DNA from: Balanoglossus misakiensis | Taxonomy: Eukaryota; Animalia; Hemichordata | Length of the DNA stretch: 64,000 nt | Assembly (NCBI GenBank): GCA_040954595.2 | Contig: CM082589.2 | Span: forward strand, 2,101,498-2,165,497 | Direction of reading: 5' to 3' | Shown here: positions 35,726 through 50,300 of the stretch, piece by piece | Layout: every line of letters begins with the position of its first letter | Numbering within the stretch: position 1 is the stretch's first letter | The notes under the pieces: generated by a model | Databases searched by the model: none | The model's input: the letters and a program-made list of their open reading frames with translations, nothing else | Told to the model about the DNA's origin: nothing | Made by a program: the position numbers and the translations under genes

Positions 35726-38700
35726 TTTTTAATTAAGGACGACTGAGCAAGAATAGCTCGATTCCAAAGGGCTCAGGGGCTTGAATTTCGTTCGAGGGAA
35801 TGGGTTTCCAAAGCGCTTTAATTTGCACACAGACTTCATTAGAGTGAGAATCGTGCCAAGGGTCAAATTTGATATTCCACAACTTCAAAGCTCATAGACT
35901 GGAAAGTTAATAAGATAGTATGGTATTAGAACTGAAAAGGGGCGACAACGCTCGTTGAACGTCAGTACGTGAAAATTGTCACCTCGCGCTAATTAGGCCA
36001 AATAAATTGCTGTGTGATAGATCGGCTGAAAAGCGAAAAATATCCAAAATTCAGCGAAGATTGTAACTGGACACTAATGTCTCACGGTGGTTGTTTTGCT
36101 TCAGTCACATCCGAGCGGAATGAACACCAAGACTCCAGTTCTAAAAACAAAATGAAAATTTCGGACACACACGCGCGATATTCATAGCGTCCAAATTACC
36201 TCGCTGACCTCATAAACACAACACCATCAAAAGTAACTTCATTAATCATGATACTCAGGAACCCCTGCCTTGTCATTTCTGCAGTTTACATATATCCTAT
36301 CCCATCCGCTAAAAATAGATGCTCAAACCGTTTTTTGTTTAAGAATTTATAAAATGCTTACTCCTAAACCCCTGAAATGTATCGAGAATCGGATGTTAAT
36401 GACTGACAAACCGCGTTCTCCTGTTAGCCATTAAAGTTGATAGTGATTGCGTAAAATAATAAGAGAAAGAGAACCATGTGTCTGCCGACCTTTGGCTACA
36501 CTAGTGCCACGCTAAACTTGTTTAAGAGGGTTATAACGCTTGCATTACATAATTTTCGTTTCTGGTATTCCAGTGCGCCTTCGCCTTGTTATGTTCTGAA
36601 AGATTTATTGTTTTTGTCGGTGCATGATTCTGTTATGAGCCGCGGTTAGGTGAAACGTGAGGTCTACACTTCGAGTTGTGTGGTTCTTGAAAACTATTAG
36701 CCCTTCAGCACTGCCTATACGTATATCAATCGCCTTTCGGATTCCCAGGTATCGTTGAAATGTTGTATTAGGTCCCCAAAGGATAGGATACTCCATTCTT
36801 TTCAAGGGGTGCACGTATTTCCGTTATCCACAGACAGAGAGGATTGCGACAAGCCTTACAAATATTAAAAATCCTCAGGGTCCATTATGAATGCCGACAT
36901 CTTTGTCGAAAACTTTCTATAGACCTTTCAAGTAACAGCAGAAAGTTTCTGCAATACTGGATTTTGTTTATCCGAAGACAAAAAAACATGGCACCGATAA
37001 CTTCAGTGTCCGACGGCCCATCAATCTTAAGGAAAGCATTAGACTATACATTCTTGGAAATTTCGACGTGATCAATTTCCCATGAGTTACAGCTACTGTG
37101 CAAGTTGTGATATTTGCAACTATCTTCTGGACATCGTATTGCGCAATCTCCCCGTAATGGGACGCGAGCCATTACAAAATCATAATAAATCACTTGGACA
37201 TTTCGTAATATCAACCCCTCTGAAAGGGCTTAAAGCTATAACAACTGCCGTGGGATTTTCGATGGTACCGATGGATTGACTAGATTACCCTGTGCTTCTG
37301 GACTCAAACTCTACCTGATAGAACGCAAATTTTAAATTATTGAGCAATGCAGGAGCAGTGCATGTAGCCGCATATGGCCCAGCTGCCGGTTACGTTTACT
37401 GCATGAAATATTGAATACAGACATTCACGCACATGCGTCGATACCATCAGGCAAAAGGTTTGCACATGGTCTGCGTCCTGCAGAGACAACTGCCTGAAAA
37501 TTTTCAAGCGTCGACATTGTGATGCTGACAATGGAAACAGAACAATCCTCGGAGTGCAGTCATTACTAAGTACTAGCAGAATAGAGGGACGTGAATAATA
37601 TATAGCGAAATGATTTCATTCGCATGCAAGAGTCATCATGATTTAAACTACCTTACCTCGAAACAACAAATTGAATGACAATCGATTTAACCCGAATGTC
37701 TAATGGTCAGTGACTTGATCTGGAGTAAAATTGCGGTGAACGTTGTTCAAATGATTGCCCGACAGTTCCTGTGGTGCCTCGGTGGATTTGGTTTGTTGAA
37801 CGTAAAAGCAATCAGAGGCTGTTACGCAAGTGAACACAACAAGCATAAAAGAAATGTTGCTGACACCGATAAATTAACTTGGCAGGGAGACTTCTGTCAT
37901 ATTAATTAACCTCACAATCATTCAGTACAAAAGAACAGTAACTCTAGTCTGAGTGGGCGTATGTTTAGCTTTGGTGAGAGTTTGACGAGAGTGTCTAAAA
38001 TGGTGAGCCGTCTGTCTTTATTCAAGGACAGGTATACTCATAACATGTAATTAGCATAGATTTGCATATAGTTCCTTTTTTGCGGCTCTATCGTTATTTG
38101 GACAGCATATCAGCATAACGCCGTGACAGGATCATTGGCAGAACGCAAACTTGACTCATGTGTGTCTTTTAAACGGAAGGCAAATATGCGTTTTGCATGA
38201 TTTGGCGAGCAATCAATATATCACAGCCATATCGCGCACCAACGTCACGTTGAAAAGTGGTTTAAGTGACAGAGGAATGGAACCTTTGCGTTTCATTATG
38301 TGTACTATTTGGCTTTGCATGAAGCTATTTATGAGAATGGATTTTATTATTCCATTGCCAGTCTTTTCCTGCCAGGTCAGCCACAAACCCCAAGTTAACA
38401 AATCAAACGTTAATGTGTTTTGGGGCGGCCAACCATAGAGACAATTTACGAATATGGCTTACAGTATGGCTAACAATAACAATTTTTATACACTATACAT
38501 GTGAATCATAATGCGTTTTCTAAAACATTCCATGGATTTTATGATGTCTTTGAATTATTTATTAAGCTTCTTAGTGCATTCTCCGGTTCACGCGACAAGT
38601 GATTTCCTTGGAAGCTTGACTAAGTCGGTAAATTGGAGACAGGGCAATAAATTTCATGCATCTGCAATCATGTTTTAAAAATCTTTTGTAACTGCCTAAA

Positions 38701-41700
38701 TGGAACACTACGGTTTTGAAAACTTGCATTTATGGAGCTCCCTGTAAATCTCGTTTGTGAACTCCGATAGTTGTAAAGTTTTCAGTATTTTTGTGCTTGT
38801 GCGTTAACTGTAATTGTAATGTCTATTGCCACCTGAAAAGTTCCAGTTGTACTTCAGCAACCGACACACAAGAAGTCTCGCGGCAGGTTGGTAGGTATGG
38901 GTTGTATTTCTTTAATAAACGGCAGCCAGGAAGTATTATCTTTACCAGTGCCATGCCGATACCTACTATGTACAGCTATTCATAACAATTTGAAGGTTTT
39001 TCATTTCCCGTCAACACCCTCTTCACATTCTCTCGCGTGTTCAACTTGTGACGTAATTACGCCATGTTGAAGAGCTTGTCTCCGTCCTTCTCTTTCTGTT
39101 TGCCGAAAGTCATAAAGATCGATGATTTCACGATGATGCTTGATGCAGACGACAATAAGTAGAGAATTTTGTATTCATTTGTTACAAGAGGCCTTCAAAA
39201 AGCAGCTAATAAATCCTGTAGTCCTGTTTTTTTTTAGAAGAAATATGGTGCATAAAAATTGGTCCCTTCTCATGAAAAATTGGCAATTTTAGTTTATAAA
39301 TTACATCATGAGTTGAACTAAAAATTTCTGGTGAGAAAATAACGAACCTATATTGCTGTTTGCTTTCGGTCTTTCACAGTCAAAGACCCTTGATGATAGA
39401 AAGCAAGATATGTTAACTTCTTGTTTTGAAGTACTGCTTAGCAGATCACGCAACAACGCCTGAAGTGAAATTCCATTTTCTAAATGCGATGAAATTTTAC
39501 TCTGACCTTTACGTCACAAAGAGTCCGTTTTATCCAATCCTACACAACAACAGGAAACGAAAGGGGACACGGGGTGGTGAACTGCGATACATAGGGACAC
39601 AAGGCTGGGACCTTTGACTCTGCAAAACCATGTCATTGCCTGCGTTCTAAATCTGAAGCACCCGTGCTAACACAATTAATCAAAACACAGGCGAAGAGAA
39701 ATATTTCCTATTTGTCTGAGTTCCAAGCCACCATACTTGTAGCGTCAACACAGCAGTGAGTTCTGCAATGAAACTTGACAACTGTTTATGTGTATACTAC
39801 TACAAAGTGCTATCGCAACACTCTCCGTGATTTCGATACGATTTTATGCTCCAGTAACTGCATGCAAGTCGAACGGGTATAGATTATGCTTTCAACATAA
39901 CCAGGGGTCGGTAAATTTCTCTAATGGTTTCAAATCCTCAAACGCTCAGCTGAATACGCCTCGCAGGAAGGAACGCTTTGCAGCAAACTGGTCTTATTCG
40001 GTTTCATGAGTTTGAATCATTTTATCAATATAGCAATGGAATAGACGATTTTGATGGCATGGATGATTTTGATGGCGTCATGTTTCCAAGGGAGACGACC
40101 GACTTCAATAAAATAGGACAACCGGTGAACTATTTTGGATGCCAAGGAAATATTTGTGAACATGGCTTCTTCATGATGTTTATGAACGCGAGTTTTAAGA
40201 GGACTTTCAGAGCCACGTTGAAGTCATCTCAGCGAGAATGTTCTGCTTGTGCCATCAAAGGTCACTTGACCTCGTTTTCACGGTCACGGTGTAGAAATTG
40301 GGCACCACCTGTTCTGCTGGTCATGCACAGAACGGAAGAAAGTCCGATTGAATCTAACAATTAAATGGCACGGCATGCACTCCACGACTCAAAGTTTTAA
40401 ACACTCCGGTGGTACTTAAAGCCGAAATGTCAAATCAACTGGAAATGGCTTCCTTCCCGCGAGTCGGAAGAAGAAATCTGCCGCAATTATTGATCCTTTG
40501 CGAAATGGATTTTCTTACTTTTTTGACCTCGAGAACGTGTCTTTCCGACGATTTCAGAGTAAAAACTTTTTTCCTTGCCACGCTAATTTTCCCTCATAGA
40601 TTGGATAAGGACAGAATGTGGGCTTTGCGATACAGCGATTTGTTTTTAATAATTGTCGGGGTGAAATCGCAGATTTGAGCATTAGCAGGCACTTTTCACT
40701 TCAGTGGTTCTGTTAAAATATTAAGAAGGCTTACACTCTCCAACGATAAGCACCTTGTCAGGCCCTGCCGCATCCAAAAACCTGTCTCACGTAAGACTGG
40801 GACTAATTTTCAGAACCCCATTAAATGGCTTTTTATCGGTTTGGAAAATGGGGTCGAGTTTAAAGTAGGGATTTCTGCTACAGGTCTACTGTTGCTATTT
40901 GACTTGCAATGCTTTGTATGAGGTCGAAAGCAAGGACATTCTTACTTCGTTGTTCGAGTATAGTTCTAAATCATGTACTGTTTGTTGGAAATTTCGACGT
41001 TGGTTAGAGTGCCAATGGCAGTCAAAATGCGTCTTGTTTGCTTTTTTCAACCTATACTCAAATACATGAAATTTAAGTGTCTCAATTTGACGCAAAGAAA
41101 ATCGCCTTCTCCAACATGTAAGGTCATGCATCTTGACGTGGACCAGTAATCTTTTACCGAAGCAACATCACCAAGTATCTGTTTAAATTTCGCCTCTCGC
41201 TGAACCAGCCAACATAGCGTGCAAAACAGATCGATTATAGCTTCCCCTTGAGATTTCTCTCTGTCTGGATTCGCGCCTTTTTATTGCGAGCTTTTATTGC
41301 ATACACAGAAGAGGTGGCCATGAAATCATCAGTGTGAAAACGAATGAAAGGTCAGTCGTCCTTTTCAAATCCCCAGCCAACATTTTATTGTTAAATGTGA
41401 AAACCAATTAGAATTCAGAGGACGGTATAGAATGCGGGATGTGTTCAATTTTGGGGGTTTCATAAACTTACAACATCGCGGACATTGAAAGATTTCACAC
41501 TTTGTGTACATTTCCGGATGCTATTTTTTGAGGATTTTATTGATCGGAAAAACAGATAATAAAGATACATGTACATGTTGGTGCTTCAAACCTTTCAATT
41601 CTTGCTTCACATCGCAGGATGAATGACTGGAAAAGAAAAGTTGTCTCAAATTGCGCTTCTCAGCGTCTGTTGGCTACACAAGACACGCCAATGCATGGCT

Positions 41701-44700
41701 TGCCCAGATTAACTGTTGACAATAGTTAACGATATCCCACCCCTGAATAACCTGGATATTTGATTCACACGTGTTTCCCCAAGAGACGCCTTATACATTC
41801 CCCGGCTACCGACAAAAATCAAGTAATCAGTGTTTTTAATTGCTACTCGCGTTTCCCCTACACACCGACGTAATTGGGTCACTAGAGGCGGCAACCTGTC
41901 GCTACGGTGACGTTATCAGTTCCTGTCTCTTCCCTTGTCAGCTCACTGACAGGAGCGAACGATCGTTCAACCCAAACTACTCCGAAGTTATCAAAAATAA
42001 TCCCCAAAAAGATTAAATTTAAAAGTGATGCAGGGCTGGTGGATTATAACAAACTTCCCCAAATGAGCTTGGAGTGCTTTGGCGGTATTCGTGGATAATC
42101 CTCGCGCAATGAAAAACCGAATCGTGTCGAGATGACCTGAGCTATCTCTGTGTGATTGCATCTTCTCTTTGTATGCACCGGTCTGTACTCTTGTTGTCTC
42201 ATGGTGTACATGTACTTAATGTTAATACGGCGCATATCAAACATATGCGTGATCTTTGCATGAAGTTACCACGAGGTTAGTAAACTCCATTAGCTCCATC
42301 TTTTGGCCATGTTATTATATTTTATATGTACCATGTGCTTTCATTCATAACTTCCAAAACTACGAGCAATGCTATAGTATTATCAAAAAAGTCCATATGT
42401 ATAACTTGATATTGTTAATGCTAATTCAAGTCCGGACTTGAATTAATTTGTCAACAGTAACGCTTGAATACTCGGACAATATTAATGACTACACTAGTAG
42501 TCTGTTATGTTTACTGAGCATATTGAATATAGAGTACATTTTATAGCCTCTTTGACAGACAGTGTATTTCGTAGTTCTTGGATGCATTAAGTTACAAGAT
42601 CGTTTAACATTTAGAAACACTTTATGGAGCTTACACCTCTTCAATCAAAACAGCATAAAATGCAATGTTTTGCTTATGACTAACACCACCAGAGGTAGTT
42701 TCAAGTTCCCAATGCGTTATACACTTTAAATGTCTGACATGAAAACCCTCAAAAAGATCGATTGAATATATGTGAAAAGTTCTTCAATTGCTTCATTACA
42801 CTCTCACCCGACATTAACAGTTTGGCAGGACGCAAAAGTAAGAGCTATGAGTTTAATCATGACTCATGTATAGTACCGAGACAGCAACATTCAGCTTAGA
42901 ATGGATATTGAAAGTTTAAGTGCACTTTGGTATTTTGATAGCTCAAACGCATTCGAAGAAAACGATATTTGCATGCAGCAGAGAGCTAACCCTGAAAAAG
43001 GTACAAGTCCGGACACAACTTTACAGCTCCTGGCTTTGTACATAACTTTTTGTATTAATTGTCTCTTCTCCTAGAAAGTTCCAAACTGGACAATATTGCA
43101 TTCCAGTCCAGTAGTGACTTTAAAACTCTCAGATTAAGAAATGAGACAATATAAATCAAATTGTTAATTAGTTACATCATGGTAACGCTCTCTGCACACA
43201 CATATACATACATGTTTATCATCGCTCGTATCTTTTCATTTGTTTCTCATTACAAACCATTAAACATGTCCATCGCACAGGAAAGGCAAATAAAAAGTTA
43301 AGCAAAACGACAAACTGATGTGGCGTCCTTGAATATACCTCCACCGCTTTTAATGGCCAGACTTCCGCGACGGGATCATATATGTGTTGGGCGAAATGAA
43401 AGCTGGAATTGATTTCAGCGGGATTTAATTTGGCACCTGTTAAACGCGACCGGCTCGGAGATGTTCGCGAAAAGTCAACGATCTGTGAGACACAGGTGAT
43501 GTAATGAAGCTGTGATCGCCGCAAAATACAGGCAATGAAGGCAGTGCTCTGCCACAAAATTAATGTTTGCATTCTCTCTCTCTGGTGAAAAAGGCAGTCG
43601 ACTAAGAAACATAAAACCAATCTGAGCGAAGACACTGAGTTAACAAGGATCAAATTGATACTAGCGGGTTGCATTAACAATACATTGACCCCTTGCATAT
43701 CACTGACGCTGAGATTGTGAAACAGCATTTGGGGTTAATGCAATTTTCACCTTCACAGCAATTAAAACGTTCTTGGTGTCTCTGTGAATTGAAGGCGGTC
43801 TGGGGGTGGCTGCGACGTTTACATTACTGCGTTCAAAGTGTTAACTTTTTGCTTTAATACTGAAATGAAAGGGCTTATAATTTTAATGATCTCCCCCAAT
43901 CGTCTTGTAATTAAATTCGCAAAATTTCATGTCACCGCATGAAATGGAAGTCGACTAACCTCTTGCATATTTACTGTGTTGTATGATTGTGCATTTCATT
44001 ATTGGATTTCACGGTACTTAGACCGTGCGTCGGTAAATGAAGAAAGACAAAGACCGATATTGATTTTGCCTCAGAAGGGGGATTATGCCATCGCCATAAC
44101 CATTATTAGGAAAGATAAATTGCTTTCTAAATGGATTTCCATGGACGGATGAACGTGGAAATTGCTGATTTTGTTTAGATAGCCTTGAACTACACGTATG
44201 TAAATGTTGAATTTTCAGATGAGCCATTCTTCTTGAATTGAGATACAATATTGTGTTCGTTTATCTGGTTCCTAACAGGAAATGTTGAATGAGTTCAGAT
44301 ATTACGGCCTTCGGTGATGCCACCTCATGACAACAGCCAGTGGAGTTTGTTGACCTCTGCATGGTTACATTCGACAACAAGTGAAAGTTTCTGGTAGTAT
44401 GTATGTATGCCATTGACTCTGACTCTACGAGTATGATTCGACGCAGAAACACTTCGCCAATTCAGTGCTATGAAAAAGAACTGGTGTACAAGTATTTGCA
44501 AGTACGTTACCAGTGGCAAGTCTGTGTATAAAATTCTAATCTTCGGTATTAACACATCGGCATCAGCGATGCAATTTGAGGAAATCAATCGAGGATTTTG
44601 ATAGTATCACTGACAATCTGAAATGCAACGTGTTAACTAGTCTTGTAAAGCAAAGCCCAGGGAGGAAATTGAAGATTTGTAGCTCAGTCGACCACGGTGA

Positions 44701-47523
44701 TGAGAAATCCCCTGTATGTCCTGGGGCTAGCGACGAGCTCAACACAAGGAATTGAACTTAAGGTTCAGCTTAAACGGTTTTAAATATTAATTGGCTATTC
44801 GCGTGGAATTCGAGAAAGTAACGTGTCAGGGTCTTGAAAAAACACGAACAAATCTAATAGCTCTCGCTTTTTTAACCTTGGGATAAAATGAGAATTAAAA
44901 ATTGATTGTTGTCTTAGAATCCAGTATGTCTGCAATTGATTGATGTCAGAAAGATCCTCATTTGCTATTTTGAAGGTATTTTTTTCTGTGGAAGACAACC
45001 TGCTACAGGTAACTGTAGATATGAATAATTCAAACGTGAACTGCAGACTTACAGGGAGAATATGCGATAGTGGGAAACATATAGACAACAAAGATGTACG
45101 TGTGCGCCTGGAAAGTCTATATATCTAGGTACGAAGTGATTCAGGACAGGAATACCTCAACATGTCGCTCACACAGAATTCCAAAGATGTGCCACTTGGA
45201 GGCAGAGAATAGTACTTAACAAAACAAGTACTAAAGAGTTATAAATGGAAGGCTCATCAATGGAGAGTAGTTAAACCGATCGAAAGTCATTTTCCCATTT
45301 AGCGGAAGAAAGTCGAGGTGCATTTATTGACGGGAAATATGAAAGCAAATGATAATATCTGCCTTAAGTGGGTGTTAACTATGTATGAACGCCGGAAATA
45401 TCCGGACAGGTTTTTTACTACAGGCTGATGACAGATAAGTTAAATAAAAGGAGACGTTGATTTGTCTGAATAGCTTGGGAAATCTATTTAATGTTCGATT
45501 GGAGGTGAGTTCTGCAATCGCGGACTTGGATTTGAGAGCATTCATCAAGGCGAACGACAATAAATTGGCGCCCAGCGGGATTACCATGGTGACTTGGGTC
45601 ATAAACTAGTATGACCGTATACGACGGTAGTTAAACATGTTGTTAATGGTGAATGGAGGGGTAGTTCAAATCCATGTACGCTCTCCAGAAATCTCGTTAG
45701 TGCGTGGGCTTTAATTAAGACGGACAAGTGTTCAAGGTCGCATCGAAGCCAACCAGAGCGATGTGTGGTCACATTCAGTGATAACGGCGGCGATTACCCA
45801 TAATCCATGTGACGTCAACTTGATGGATAGGCGCCATTATGGTCTTTTGGTGCTTAGAATCTAGAATCTAGGAAAGACAGCCAGTCAACACCGACCACTC
45901 AGTTACGTCACAATCTTAAAGCATGATTATCAACCTAATATCATATGAATACCTTGAACAAAATCTTAGTTAAAGCGACTGTCAGATAATATATCTGTGG
46001 CAAAATTTATGAAACGGATATCTAATCCAAAACGACTTTTATGGTCAAATTTACAACTTGTCGCAGAAGATCTAATCCATAGTATCCGATAAAAAGATAT
46101 CAGTGTAATGTTTCTCAGCCAGTCCTTCAGATCTTACATCCGGATACATAATAACAAATGATTACTGGAAGGTAATAAACAATATATCACATAATCACAT
46201 GATAAGAATGCCAGATCTTAATATTGGGCGCAATATGAGATAATGTGATTATCTTTGTTAGTAGTGTTTTTTATTGCATCGCCGTAATACGTTTATAAGT
46301 GATGTAAAGTTTATACATTCCTTGGAACTTATGCGGACGGTGATACTAAAACAAAAATTAAATTTTCTTCTTTTTACAGCGTTTCTTAACTGCACATGCT
46401 GGTCCCCTACTTTTATTATTATTCTATTGAGTCAGCCACTAAATCTGTCTGTTGCTTCATGCACTTTGTCTGTTATGAATACCCTGGCTTCAGTTTAGGA
46501 TATTTCTACTCTTTGAGGAACTCAAATGCCGCCATGTACTTTCTCGGTTACATCAGCGATGGCGCTCTTCGCCAGGGGTCTCCATTTAAAATATTTGAAG
46601 TGCTACATTTTCTTGCTGTCGCATAATCATGGGATTAAAAACATAGAGCTCAATTATTTTGCAGCTGTTGTTTCTATGTTATTGCAAAGACCTGGGCATT
46701 TAACTTCGTTAACTTATTGTGGTGCGCGAGCATTTGGCACAAAATACCTGCGCATGCCTCAAGTTGCAGAAACAGTTTACGTGTCGACTTCTGTCTTGAT
46801 TGTGCGCATGTAACACATTAATTTTGCACTCGCTAAAGATTGGTGATAGTCACAGCGCCAGCCAGACGTGTCAAATCCACTAGAATCAGCTAAGCAACAG
46901 AACTGCAATAATACTTCAGGGGTTCTCAAACTGACTCGTGTCTCAGAATTTAATTTCCCGCGCAGCCCGGCAACTATGTATGCCTGATATCAGATCTGCC
47001 CAATTACATTTAAACAGGTTCCTTCACCGAAGTCAGAAAGATAGGTAGCTGAATGAAAGTCACTTGCATAAAGCAACTCAGACGCGGGCAAAAGAATAAT
47101 ATGAATTCATCAAAAAGAAACGGAAGTAGCACATTGAACCGTGGTTACGTACGAAGCAACTTTCATCAATTGTGACACGTCATGATCAATTGAAAGAAAG
47201 TGACCTGGAATCGGGGAATGCAATATCTCCAAGACTGCAGACATAATCTCACGATTTAACTTGGCTACCTGAAATCTCAGCGACACTTGCTGACAACTTC
47301 CCCTTTCCTCAATTTCAACTTGGTATTGCCAGAGGCCTCTAAACGGTCGACTGCAGCAACTGGCGAATCGGAGACATCGTTAGTCGCAGGAAAATTGGCA
47401 GATGGTCTGAAGCAATTAGATACGGAAGTATCGCAATTTCGGCTTCGGAATCCATTTCCTATTGACGGTCACCTCATACTTCTGGCCTCAAAGAAAAGCA
47501 GACCAAACGAGATACAAACAACT

Positions 47524-47620
47524 GTTACCATGGAGACCAGAATCAAGGTTATTGATCCAGAGAGGGGGGCATTCACTCTAAGAGAAAGAAACGTCATCAG
47601 AATGCAAAGGAGTGACGTCA
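47524..47620. promoter_or_regulatory. Candidate RFX X-box + full CRE module
   Basis: GTTACCATGGAGAC (47524-47537) fits the RFX palindromic X-box; ACGTCA half-site at 47591; TGACGTCA at 47613-47620. Motif match only. Confidence 0.35.
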
Positions 47621-48324
47621 GAGCCAGTGCTTTCAGCTGTGTACAGAATTCCAGATGAATCAGAGGATTTTAAATTTTGATACGTCTTTTTTCATCAACC
47701 GATTCTAGTCGTAAAGGCAAAAACAGGTGGCAATGCTCGCTCGTTACGAGCCAGTAACTCTTATAGTAAACGCTGGAATAGTGTACTATAACAAGATCAT
47801 CGCTTCTGCCACCCTAGTAGATCAAAACATGGATGATTCAGACGGCCTCCGGGGAGATTTCATCCGTCAAAGGATTTTTTTTTTCCAAGGGGAGGTGGGT
47901 CATTGTTCTGTGGAGGTTGACAAGCTTGGGATTGAGTTTCGGATTCAAGACTTCTGAAATATGCGCCACCTGTTCTTTAAGTCACGTGGCGGGGTTTTTG
48001 GACACTGAATCATGGGAATTTATAGGCCGCTTTTTCAATAGATTGAAGATCTCAACTGGACAGTAATCTTTTAGGTGTCACATCAACTGCACGTAAACTT
48101 AAGAGCAGGAAGAAGATGCCATTTTCGATTGAAGTTAACTTTTAAGCTAACATTCTATGTCTGCATTTCTCTTGTGTTTAATAACTGCCATATATGGCAC
48201 AGAAAGGTCTGTGAAAAAATCTGTTTCTCACGACAGAAGAACCAGTAATGCTTAGACAGATTCGTTCACACGTCGAGCAGTCTGTGTTTGCCGTTTCCGT
48301 CAAACTCAACGCTCTTAAACATTA

Positions 48325-48356
48325 ATATTAAATGTGTCGGATATTAAATGTGTCGG
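48325..48356. repeat. Perfect 16-bp tandem duplication (ATATTAAATGTGTCGG x2)
   Basis: Read directly. Confidence 0.85.
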
Positions 48357-50244
48357 CCTCACACGTTTCAAAAAAGTGTGCGCACTTTGACTTAGTATCC
48401 ATATACACATAAACAAAAGCTAAACTGTCGAAAGCCCAACTCAAGTCAAAACAGTTATGGCAGCTGCAATCCCGAACACGCAGGCGCAATTGGCTTGTCA
48501 TGCGGAAGGATACAATATGACGAGCAGGTAATAAAGCAATATTTACGATTTCTGCAAACTCCGTGGATATGCATTCATATCATTAAGATTAATGTGCCAG
48601 TGTTTTACGGCCGTTTTTACACATAATGAGTATGTGCCGTTAGGAAAAACCGCAGATACATTTCAGAATAAAAACAGACACATATCCATGGTTTTCTTGC
48701 GAAAATAATGCAAAAGCAATGGAGAAAAATGGCTTTTGCATGTTTGGTTAGGGGATGAACAGAAGGATATTACTGTGCTAAAATATTCTGTCTGCACATA
48801 AAATATTTCCTCAGGTGGCAATAAACGTAACCAAACCATGAAATTTCACATTATAAAATGATAACCGATCAACTCGTAAAAATGTGTGAGATGTCATAAA
48901 ACCAGGATAAATACCGCTGTAAAACGTTGTGGCTTGTACGAATTCAATGATAGCAAGGTCTTTAAAATCATGTCTCCTCTGAGTAAAGTTATATACTCTA
49001 TGCGACTTCGATTCGGCATGTTTAAAGAGTCAAAGACCGATAAAATATATGCGTGCTTCTCCTAGAAGATATGCAATCTGATAACAATAATGTTTTACGC
49101 CATTTTGGAAAAGTAATTTTGTCAACGAGTGAACTACATTATACGATCCTCAGGATCATGCATGTTACACCATCGCCATAGAAAATTAACATTCCGCGCA
49201 TGTTGACGAAAAGGCCTGTTGGTGTGGATAGTGTTTGGCCTCTGCAAACATCGTAATGTGTTATTTCATATTCTTGCCTACACATTAGATGGGCACTGTG
49301 CCTGTCTGATACAAATAACGGCGACGATAATCGTCAATGGCATTTTACCCATAAATCCCTGCCCTTCCGGAGGAACCCCTCAAAATGTCACACTCTCACA
49401 CACAACACTCCAAAGGCCCGTTGAAAAATTAATGCAGTCTTTATTACAAGATAGCCGACGGCCCAATCCGGCGTAATCACCTAATTACATTACAAGTCTT
49501 GCACAAGTTCACAACACAGTAGGCAGCTTACCATGATTCAAGATTTTTTGACACCAAATTGGAACGGGGGCACCGTAAATTAAGGTAAGGTTGAGCTCTA
49601 TTTTCTCAAAAATTTAATCACTCTTTTGTGCGAATGAATGCACTGAGTTTGTACTTTAATACGCTGTGGACGACTTATCTGTAAGTATACTATAGTCGCA
49701 CGATGACTAAATATGAATTAGATGCGAAATTTCCCCATGGGATCACCGACATAATTGCTTCAAAACACCGTGTGCGTCTCCTTTTGTCAGATGCTGGACA
49801 CATGCGAGTAAGTTGACTATAAGTGACCCATTTCAATGACCCATTACAACTGCGAATTTTTGTTCAGATCTACAACACCAAATCTGATGAAATTTTTAAA
49901 GAGAAATTGGAAACAGAATTAAGAAAACGTTTTACACTGCTGTATATTATGAAGTCAGAATGGATAGTTTGTGTTAGTACAAGTTAACAAGATGCTCAAC
50001 GTGAGAAAAATGGTTTTATATATGGTACATCCATAAGTCTGGCAGAGATGGTAGCGGGATCGACAGTGAAAGCGCCGCCACTGTTTGAATTACTAAATGA
50101 CTCTAAACACATTGAATTTAAAATGCGCTCTTTTTAACATTTGGTTATGGAATCAAAAGTAGCTTGCATCTCGAAGCTTCGTCCAACGAATCATCATAAG
50201 GTAGAGTTATTGAAAATTTTGGATTGGAAGACCTTCTTGCTGGC

Positions 50245-50300
50245 CAATCACCAACACCATCATCATCATCTTCATCACCATCACCACCACCGTCGCCACT
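50245..50300. repeat. Imperfect (CAY)n trinucleotide tract
   Basis: caatcaccaacaccatcatcatcatcttcatcaccatcaccaccacc; explains the poly-His ORF 50141..50347. Confidence 0.8.

Noticed and set aside
39978-40364. 128-aa ORF with DDFDG repeat suggesting a Ca-binding motif
   Set aside because: The motif comes from a local 18-bp tandem duplication (~40044-40079); no splice or motif support.
43219-43728. 169-aa minus-strand ORF, the longest in the upstream region
   Set aside because: No recognisable family motif or codon bias; length is attainable by chance. BLASTP would be needed to exclude it fully.
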